A stretch of 64,000 nucleotides of DNA from Candidatus Poribacteria bacterium (GTDB lineage Bacteria > Poribacteria > WGA-4E > PCPOR2b): contig OZ242351.1 in assembly GCA_965208675.1 (NCBI GenBank), positions 2,816,001 through 2,880,000 on the forward strand, written 5' to 3'. The notes under the pieces are model-generated. The model had not been told where the DNA came from and did not search any database. It saw only the letters and a list, made by a program, of their open reading frames with translations. Positions 56,855 through 64,000 of the stretch are shown piece after piece. Each line of letters begins with the position of its first letter. Within the stretch, counting starts at the first letter, position 1. Both the position numbers and the translations under genes were made by a program.

Positions 56855-56984
56855 TGAGTAATGCGTAATGGGTATCTTCGCGTTAAATATGGATACTCCC
56901 ATCGTGCAGCTTATAAAATTTCTTGAGGCAGCACACCAAAAGCGTCAAATGATAACGATTTAAGGAGGTTGGACACGAAAGCTC

Positions 56985-57701
56985 ATGAACAACATCGCAG
57001 CCATTTTCAAGAAGGAGTTCAGAAGCTACTTTAATTCTCCAATCGCGTACATTTTTATCACATTCTTCTTGGGAATTTCCGCTTGGTTTTTCTTTCGTAG
57101 CTTTTTCCTCGTCAACCAAGCTGAATTGCGAGGCTATTTTGCGCTAATGCCTTGGCTATTTCTCCTCTTTATCCCAGCCGTGACGATGAAACTCTGGGCG
57201 GAAGAGAAGAAGATAGGTACAGTTGAAATTTTGATGACCCTACCAATCAAGGATTACGAAGTCGTCATCGGTAAATATCTTGCGAGTTTTGCCCTGCTTG
57301 CCGTCACCGTAATCTTTTCATTTTCTTTGCCGTTGACGGTCGCATACTTAGGCGATCCCGATGGCGGTCCCATCGTAGGCGGCTACATTGGGCTCATTCT
57401 CATGGGCGGCGCTTACCTCTCAATTGGGCTTCTCGCCTCTACATTGACGGAAAACCAGATTATCGCTTTTATTCTCGGCATCGTAATGTCCTTTGTACTG
57501 CTCATCATCGGCGAGGACATTGTACTCTTCAACGCGCCGAATTGGGTTGTCCCGATTTTCAGCTATCTAGGATTAGGCGCGCATTTTAGCAGCATCCTAC
57601 GAGGCGTAATCGATTCCCGAGATCTCATCTACTATCTATCCGTTATCGGGTTTTTTCTCTACCTGAGCGTTTTATCTCTTGAAAGTCGGAAATGGAGGTA
57701 A
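56985..57701 (+). CDS. ABC-2 permease, GldF-like
   Basis: 'KEFRSYF.SP.AY', 'AEEK..GT.E.L.T.P', 'T.NQIIA' and 'RG.ID..DL.Y'. Confidence 0.9.
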   Translation: MNNIAAIFKKEFRSYFNSPIAYIFITFFLGISAWFFFRSFFLVNQAELRGYFALMPWLFLLFIPAVTMKLWAEEKKIGTVEILMTLPIKDYEVVIGKYLASFALLAVTVIFSFSLPLTVAYLGDPDGGPIVGGYIGLILMGGAYLSIGLLASTLTENQIIAFILGIVMSFVLLIIGEDIVLFNAPNWVVPIFSYLGLGAHFSSILRGVIDSRDLIYYLSVIGFFLYLSVLSLESRKWR

Positions 57702-57705
57702 TACT

Positions 57706-59364
57706 GTGGCAACCAGAACACTTAAATACGGAAGCAATACGCTTGTCTTTATCCTTGTCGTATTGGCTATTCTTGCGGCAATCAGCTTTCTGTCAAGCCG
57801 CCGATTCGTAAGGGCGGATTTCTCCGACGACAAACGATACACAATTTCGTCTTCCACGAAGAATGTTCTCAAGCGTCTGGACGACGTTGTGACTATTAAC
57901 GCCTATTTTTCGCGCGAACCCGCACGGGTCGCCCAAATTCGCCGCGATGTCCGCGATGTACTTGATGAATACCGTGCCATATCAAATAAGTTGCAGATAG
58001 ACTTTATTGATCCCGGCGATGATGAGGGAGAAAAGAACAAACTTCGGTTCATGGGAATTCCTGAAGTGCAGATGAACGTAATCGAGAAAGACAAAGCACA
58101 AGTCGCAAACGTCTATATGGGGATTGCCGTGATTTATGAAGACAAAAAGGAAATCCTACCTGTCGTCCAAAACACCTTCACTTTGGAATACGACCTGACA
58201 TCCGCGATTCTCAAGGTGACCAGAACGGAAGACAAGACCGTTGCATTCCTCGCAGGGCACGATGAACTCGATATTGATGACGCTCAACGGTTCGGTAACA
58301 TGCGCCGGGAGTTAAGCAAGCAGTATACTGTCAAAAAAGTTACCATCGTCGAAGGGAGAGAAATCGATAAAGATGTGGCGACGCTTGTCGTCGCTGGCCC
58401 TAAACAAGAAATTACTGAACGTGAAAAGTACGAAATCGATCAGTTCATTATGCGCGGCGGACGGGCGATTTTTTTGGTGGACGCAATTCAAATACCGGAA
58501 GGAACACTACAGGTACAGACGCTGACGACCGGGATGAATGAACTTCTTGAACATTACGGCGTTAAACTCGGCAACAATCTCGTGCTTGACGATGCCTCCC
58601 AAGGGCAACTTACCTATACGCAAGGGTATTTCACAGTCAGAAGCGACTATCCGTACTTCGTCAGGGTATTAAATCAATACCGAAATCGTTCGGGGGAGAT
58701 TGCTAAGGGGCTATCCGATGAGAGCATCGTCACCAGCCAGTTGGAAAGCCTGACGTTGAATTGGGCAAGTTCGCTCGAACTGCTGCCGAAAGAAGAGGAC
58801 GCTATTGAGACGATCGCGCTTGCGAAAACAACTGATCGAAGCTGGACGGTGCAAAGCCCTTACGACATCGCCCCGAACACCCAACTTAGGGCTCCATCAT
58901 CTGTACGAAAAAGTCATACAGTCGCAGCATCGCTTTCGGGGGTTTTCATGAGTTTCTATGCCGGTAAAGACATCCCGTCTAACCAGTCGGCCTCATCAGA
59001 TGAGGCTGAAGCTGAACTTCAAGTGGAATCAGAAACAAGTGAAGATCGTACCACGATAACCGAGAGCCAGCCGACACAGATTGTTGTGGTCGGAAATTCC
59101 GCGTTTCTGCAATTTAGCGGCCGAGATGAGATGACCTTTTTCTTTAACACCATTGATTGGCTTACGCTCGGTGAGGACCTTATCCACATCCGATCCCATG
59201 GCGTAACAGACCGCCCGCTAAAAAAGGTTTCCGAAGCCGAGAAACTGTTCCTGAAATATGCAAATATTGCTGGCGTTCCGATAGTCGTGGTCGCCTTTGG
59301 CTTAATTCGATACCTTTTGAGAAGGAGGGCAAAACGGTTGGTTGAAACCTATGGCGCGCTTTAG
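57706..59364 (+). CDS. GldG-like ABC auxiliary protein
   Basis: GTG start after GGAGG, 'D.S....YT.S..T', 'EY.LTSAI', 'F..GH.E' and C-terminal TM helix. Confidence 0.88.
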   Translation: MATRTLKYGSNTLVFILVVLAILAAISFLSSRRFVRADFSDDKRYTISSSTKNVLKRLDDVVTINAYFSREPARVAQIRRDVRDVLDEYRAISNKLQIDFIDPGDDEGEKNKLRFMGIPEVQMNVIEKDKAQVANVYMGIAVIYEDKKEILPVVQNTFTLEYDLTSAILKVTRTEDKTVAFLAGHDELDIDDAQRFGNMRRELSKQYTVKKVTIVEGREIDKDVATLVVAGPKQEITEREKYEIDQFIMRGGRAIFLVDAIQIPEGTLQVQTLTTGMNELLEHYGVKLGNNLVLDDASQGQLTYTQGYFTVRSDYPYFVRVLNQYRNRSGEIAKGLSDESIVTSQLESLTLNWASSLELLPKEEDAIETIALAKTTDRSWTVQSPYDIAPNTQLRAPSSVRKSHTVAASLSGVFMSFYAGKDIPSNQSASSDEAEAELQVESETSEDRTTITESQPTQIVVVGNSAFLQFSGRDEMTFFFNTIDWLTLGEDLIHIRSHGVTDRPLKKVSEAEKLFLKYANIAGVPIVVVAFGLIRYLLRRRAKRLVETYGAL

Positions 59365-59392
59365 AGCGTCGCGCACCAACCCTTGTTGAATC

Positions 59393-60409
59393 ATGAAAAC
59401 GAAGCAACTCCTAGTATTAGTTTGTGTTTTGTTAGTGTTAGGGTTACTCGTCTTGATCTTAGAGAACCCGTTCGGTAAGAGCGAACGCGAGAAGAAAGTC
59501 GAAGCGGCATTGCCGCTATTCCCAAACTTCAAGCGCGAGAGCGTAGCTCGAGTTGAGATTACGGCATTAGCGCAAACCACCACCCTTGTCAAAGAGGACG
59601 ATCAGTGGTTGGTGGCGACAATGGACAACTATCCCGCGGATCCGGAAGCCGTTGATGAGATGTTCGACAAAGTCGCCGAATTCAAGACTGTCGATCTCGT
59701 GTCCACGAATCCCGATAAACAATCGGTATTCCAAGTCGATGCCTCAGGTGCCGAAGCAAAACTCTTGGATGCAAACGACAATATACTCGCTCACCTCTTC
59801 GTCGGAAAGACCACCCCCGGTGTCTTCAGCAGCTACATTCGCGCAGCAGATTCCAATAACGTTTACACCGGCGAAGGATACCTCAAAGCAACTTTCGATA
59901 AGGGGTACCGGACTTGGAGAGATCGGACAATCTTCAACTTCAATAAGGGAGACGCTACCAATCTCACCATAAACTCGGAAGAAGAGGACATTGAGCTTCA
60001 GGTTGACGCCGAGGGCAAATGGCAAATGCTCAAGCCGGTCGCCTCCGCCGTTAATCCGACAGAAGTTGATAGTCTCCTGGACACGCTCAGTTCACTTAAA
60101 ACAGACGATTTTGAAGAAGAGCAAGACCCCGCTGAACATGAGCTAGATGACCCGCGCGCAACGGTTACGGCGAGGTTGAACGACGGTTCAACACGGGTGC
60201 TGTTAATTGGGAAACAAGAGGAAGGCAACGACAGGAACCCCGTCAAACGCACGGACAAAGATCAGATCTTTATGTTGTATAGTTCTAACCTAGACTCGCT
60301 GCTCAAGAAGTCCACAGATTTGAAACAAGAGGCGCCCGCGGCAGAATTTGACGCAGAAAACAGCACAGCGCCCATAGATGAAACCGGAGGCGTTCAGGCA
60401 ATCGAATAA
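59393..60409 (+). CDS. DUF4340 domain protein
   Basis: N-terminal TM, two repeated DUF4340-like halves, 'WRDRTI'. Usual partner of GldAFG-like operons. Confidence 0.8.
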   Translation: MKTKQLLVLVCVLLVLGLLVLILENPFGKSEREKKVEAALPLFPNFKRESVARVEITALAQTTTLVKEDDQWLVATMDNYPADPEAVDEMFDKVAEFKTVDLVSTNPDKQSVFQVDASGAEAKLLDANDNILAHLFVGKTTPGVFSSYIRAADSNNVYTGEGYLKATFDKGYRTWRDRTIFNFNKGDATNLTINSEEEDIELQVDAEGKWQMLKPVASAVNPTEVDSLLDTLSSLKTDDFEEEQDPAEHELDDPRATVTARLNDGSTRVLLIGKQEEGNDRNPVKRTDKDQIFMLYSSNLDSLLKKSTDLKQEAPAAEFDAENSTAPIDETGGVQAIE

Positions 60410-60483
60410 CGATGGCGATAGCGTTTACCAATTGAAATCAAATAGCACACGACATCAAACGCACTAATCAGGGAGAATCATTC

Positions 60484-61449
60484 ATGGAAAAGGTTGTTTG
60501 GGGAATTATGGGTTCAACGGCATGGGCGGATACGATGTTCGGTCCAGCAATTCAGGGGGCAAGCAATGCTCGGCTCCACGCCGTGTTGAGCAGCAGCCAG
60601 GCAAATGCGGACGCATTTTGTGCGAAACACAGCGTCGAATGTGGTTATAGTAATCTGGAGGAGTTCCTTGCAGACGATGAGATAGAAGCCATCTGGATTG
60701 CCACGCCGCAAAACCTCCACGCTGAACAGACAATTGCAGCGCTCGAACACGGCAAACATGTCCTGTGCGAGAAGACAATGGCTGTCACCGCCGACGAGTG
60801 CGTATTGATGATTCACACAGCCGAACGGACAGGCAACCTTCTTAGCATCGGCTATCATATGCGGCATCATCCGCTTCACCAGGAATTACGGCAGGATTGG
60901 AATGACGGACAGTTCGGAACCCCAATCTACGCGCGAGCGCAAATTTACTTCCCGTACGGCGAAGCGCCCACAACATGGCGCGCGAAAAAGGAGACAAGCG
61001 GCGGTTGGGCGATAAACGATGTCGGGACGCACGGCATCGATCTCCTCCGTTGGTTCTTAGGCGATGCAGCTGCCGTGCATGGCGAACTGTCCAGTCTGCG
61101 TTTCGGCTTGGAGACGGATGACCACGCCGTTGTCACAATACGTTTCCAGAACGGTGCGGTCGGCGTTGCGGATGCCTCTACAGCAGTAGGCGCCCCCGCC
61201 CCGCGGTTGGAACTCTACGGCAGCGAGGGCTACTGCATCTTGGACGGAACCCTATTCGGCGGCGGAGGCACCGTCACCCAAAGCCGCGCTGGCGCAGATG
61301 CGGTGGTTTCCGAAGCCCCGATGGCGCCGCTCTACCAGAACCAGGCTGAAGCTTTCAGCCGCGCAGTCAGAGGAGAAGAAGAACTTATCGTCTCCGCAGA
61401 AGATGGCCTCGAAAATGTAAAGATTATCGAACAAGCCCGGGGTTGGTAG
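60484..61449 (+). CDS. Gfo/Idh/MocA oxidoreductase
   Basis: 'ATP..LH', 'GKHVLCEK' and 'GG....D.G.H..D'. Confidence 0.9.
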   Translation: MEKVVWGIMGSTAWADTMFGPAIQGASNARLHAVLSSSQANADAFCAKHSVECGYSNLEEFLADDEIEAIWIATPQNLHAEQTIAALEHGKHVLCEKTMAVTADECVLMIHTAERTGNLLSIGYHMRHHPLHQELRQDWNDGQFGTPIYARAQIYFPYGEAPTTWRAKKETSGGWAINDVGTHGIDLLRWFLGDAAAVHGELSSLRFGLETDDHAVVTIRFQNGAVGVADASTAVGAPAPRLELYGSEGYCILDGTLFGGGGTVTQSRAGADAVVSEAPMAPLYQNQAEAFSRAVRGEEELIVSAEDGLENVKIIEQARGW

Positions 61450-61499
61450 GCGCGATTTCCGAATCGCGGCCAATTCCCTCATGCACGCCGCGCTCCTAC
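61446..61499. repeat. GTAG-type REP doublet
   Basis: GTAGG-CGCGATT-TCCG-AATCGCG hairpin and inverted terminal CCTAC, 54 bp. Confidence 0.55.
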
Positions 61500-61794
61500 A
61501 CAAGACCCGAAATCAATAGCGTCGTTGTGAATCGTGTTAAAACCTGATCGAAAATTCAATTTTTTTTCTGCGATTATTGCCGTAAGCCATAGCCCTAGCG
61601 CGGGATCGACTGAGCGAATAGCGAAGGCGATAGTAAATCCCGCTGGATAGAAGTTCCAGACATCATAGCAGCCCAAACCCTCAAAAATGGCTTTCTCACC
61701 TAATATTCAAACAAGTTTTTAAGTAACAAAAGCGCACTTAAATCGGAATTGCCGCAACGGCTAGTCTTATTCCATTCTTTAACCGAACTTCGCT

Positions 61795-62511
61795 ATGTCT
61801 AAATCTATCGAATCACAAAGCACGCAATGGGAAGAAGAAGGCTATCTTGTATTCAATAACGCCGTTCAAGGTGAGGACTTGGCGCAGCTTCAACGTGCCT
61901 TCGACTACTGGGCGGAACAGTGCAAATCCGACTGGCTAATGCGTGTCGAAGCTGGCGAAGCCGTGAGCACATTTTATGACATACCGGGGGTTTTCGAAAA
62001 GGACGAAATCTTCGTAGACCTGGTTGACCATCCCAGCTACTACCCCTATCTCAAGGCGGTCACGGACGGGGAGGTGATTTTCATGTCACCGCAAGCCCGA
62101 ACCGTCCCGTCATGGCCAGTGACTTACTCCGGTTGGCACCCCGACGTACCCCACACCCATCCGCTGCACATCAAGGTTCAGGTCTATGTGAACGACGTAG
62201 AACCCAGATGCGGCGAATTTGCCTTCGTGCCGGGCAGCCACAAACCGGACGCAGGACCCTATTCCAAAGTGCACCGGTTGGAAAGCATGCCCGGCCACAA
62301 AACCTTTCCAGGCGGTGCGGGTACCGCCATCATGTTTAACTCCTACGGATGGCATGCCGCTATGGATAACCCTACAGGCACGCCCAGAAAATCCGTCATA
62401 CTGATTTATGAGAAATACACCCCGAACCGTGTGCCATCGGGGGCCCACGCCTCCATTGCTCACTACTGTACTACACCGGAGCGTCGAAGACTTTTCAGCC
62501 TGGGGGAGTGA
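61795..62511 (+). CDS. Phytanoyl-CoA dioxygenase (PhyH)-family Fe/2OG oxygenase
   Basis: 'WHPD', 'VPGSH', distal 'WH' and 'N.....RK'. Confidence 0.85.
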   Translation: MSKSIESQSTQWEEEGYLVFNNAVQGEDLAQLQRAFDYWAEQCKSDWLMRVEAGEAVSTFYDIPGVFEKDEIFVDLVDHPSYYPYLKAVTDGEVIFMSPQARTVPSWPVTYSGWHPDVPHTHPLHIKVQVYVNDVEPRCGEFAFVPGSHKPDAGPYSKVHRLESMPGHKTFPGGAGTAIMFNSYGWHAAMDNPTGTPRKSVILIYEKYTPNRVPSGAHASIAHYCTTPERRRLFSLGE

Positions 62512-63401
62512 TGCTGCGAATTGACTCACACGTTCACGTTTTTGCCAAGCCATCCGCCGAGTTTCCGCGAGAAACCGATGCGCTGGCGCCGGCGGAGTTG
62601 GAAGCGCCGGTTGAAAACCTGCTCGCTGAAATGGACGCGCACCGGATTGACCGTGCAATCCTTGTACAGTTGGGCGGCGAGGAAATTGAACACCACGCAT
62701 ACCTGCTTCACAGCTTAAAGACCTACCCCAACCGTTTTCTTGGCATCGGCACGATACCCGCGGACATCTCTGACCCGGCGCCGCATATGGACAAATTGTG
62801 TCAGGAGACAGGAATTATCGGCTTTCGGCTCTTCTCGATTGGAGGACCTAAGGACCCTTTTGCCCAAATAGATGTCCGGAAATTCAGAACCTATCGTATC
62901 TGGGAACATGCGGCGGCGCAGGACTACCTAATCTCGCTTTACGCACGAGCAGTTGACGCTCACCTAATCCCCTATTTACTGGAAGCGTTTCCCCAGCTCA
63001 GAATCGCCATAAACCATCTCGGGGTTTGTCCCGGCAAAGGGAAATTCTCCATTGACGCAAAAGGGCGCCCCCACGTCGAAACACCGATGTACAATCCCGC
63101 TTTTCATACCACCCACCGGCTTGCCCGATATGAAAACGTGATGCTCCAGTTATCCGGCCAATACGCCTTCAGCACGGAAGCTTACCCCTATCGAGACCTT
63201 ACCGGATGGCATCAACACATCATGGGCATCTACGGTGCGGCGCGTCTCATGTGGGCGAGCGATTTCCCATGGATTCAGAAAGACCCCGGTTACGGTCAAC
63301 TCACAAATATCATTAAGGAACTCTTGCCCAATCTATCCGACGTTGAATACGATGACATCATGGGTGGAACGGCGGCGCGATTTTTCAGATTCGCAGATTG
63401 A
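62508..63401 (+). CDS. Amidohydrolase_2 family protein
   Basis: 'IDSHVHV', 'NHLG', 'RLMWASDFP' and 'IMG.TA'. Confidence 0.88.
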   Translation: MMLRIDSHVHVFAKPSAEFPRETDALAPAELEAPVENLLAEMDAHRIDRAILVQLGGEEIEHHAYLLHSLKTYPNRFLGIGTIPADISDPAPHMDKLCQETGIIGFRLFSIGGPKDPFAQIDVRKFRTYRIWEHAAAQDYLISLYARAVDAHLIPYLLEAFPQLRIAINHLGVCPGKGKFSIDAKGRPHVETPMYNPAFHTTHRLARYENVMLQLSGQYAFSTEAYPYRDLTGWHQHIMGIYGAARLMWASDFPWIQKDPGYGQLTNIIKELLPNLSDVEYDDIMGGTAARFFRFAD

Positions 63402-63449
63402 AGCATTCAATATACCGAATTTCTAGTTGTATCACAGGAGGTAGCACTG

Positions 63450-64000
63450 ATGTTGACACAATCGGGTTGTCTAAATCGACAAAACAGATTCCGAGAGCAG
63501 CTTTCCGCAGAGAACATCGACGCAGCCGTGCTGACAGATTACCGCGACGTGTATTATTTCACGGGGATGCTCTCCGCTCAGTTTCCCATATTCTTGCTCC
63601 TGGAAACCGGCGGCGGTTGTTGGCTCGCGGCGAACACGGATGACGGCGTGTCGTGCGTGGACGATTGTACCACCTACGAATGGAACAAACTGGGCACGAT
63701 GAATCCCAACATATTGGACGGCATGAATGAGGTGGTAGCGAAACGAATCCAGGGTGCGGGGGCAATCAAACGGCTGGGTTGGCAAGCGGAGGCAATGCCG
63801 CACCTGCTCAAACAAACCGTTGACAGCGGATTGCAGCCTGATGAATGGGTAGCCGTCGACAATCTGCTCAGGACGATGCAATCGCGAAAAGATCCCGATG
63901 AAGTAGCGCTAATTCGAAAGAGCATTCGTGCCGATCTGGCAGCGTATACCGCAGTGCAGAAGGCGATTTTACCGGGCGAAAACGAACTCGCCGTGCTGGC
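63450..64000 (+). CDS. M24 (Xaa-Pro peptidase/creatinase) family protein, 3' end outside window
   Basis: Not in the ORF track. ATG at 63450 after GGAGG translates to MLTQSGCLNRQNRFREQL...DVYYFTG...RKDPDEVALIRKS...PGENE. Confidence 0.8.
   Translation, partial: MLTQSGCLNRQNRFREQLSAENIDAAVLTDYRDVYYFTGMLSAQFPIFLLLETGGGCWLAANTDDGVSCVDDCTTYEWNKLGTMNPNILDGMNEVVAKRIQGAGAIKRLGWQAEAMPHLLKQTVDSGLQPDEWVAVDNLLRTMQSRKDPDEVALIRKSIRADLAAYTAVQKAILPGENELAVL

Overview
Bacterial chromosomal window, most consistent with Candidatus Poribacteria. That call is inferred from the WD40 proteins ending in an 'LLQNYPNPFNPETWIPYQL' Ig-like tail, the LamG and TolB-like proteins ending in a 'V.P.GKL..TWG..K'-type tail, and the PhyH gene. 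Layout: (1) 1-10.3 kb, surface-glycan cluster with a GDP-heptose tailoring set (Cj1427-like oxidoreductase, HddA kinase, DmhA-like 4,6-dehydratase, ThDP E1 alpha/beta pair, ColD-like PLP enzyme, B12 radical SAM, Wzx); (2) 10.5-19.3 kb, minus-strand housekeeping run (tatA, tatC, Zn-ribbon protein, yggS, proC, yggT, lspA, def, fmt, PASTA protein, rpe); (3) 19.6-31 kb, DtxR/MntR regulator with its own palindromic operator, acyl-CoA synthetase, PLP decarboxylase and three outer-membrane barrels, one a TonB receptor with a sigma-54 promoter; (4) 31.2-46 kb, five secreted beta-propeller/Ig-tail proteins with a second TonB receptor and a TolB-like protein; (5) 46.1-48.8 kb, FMN-binding/cytochrome b562-like fusion, Rieske protein and cytochrome b; (6) 49-53.9 kb, yebC-ruvCAB-hicBA-queA-yajC; (7) 54-64 kb, LamG protein, SDR, GldA/F/G-DUF4340 ABC module and a catabolic cluster. 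No rRNA, tRNA, CRISPR or transposase was recognised. The strongest candidates for undescribed biology are a shared C-terminal sorting motif on a diversifying 14-repeat WD40 array, a Rieske/cytochrome b module apparently paired with a b562-like acceptor instead of a c-type cytochrome, and a predicted branched dideoxy-heptose pathway. All family calls are from motif recognition by eye; no database searches were run.
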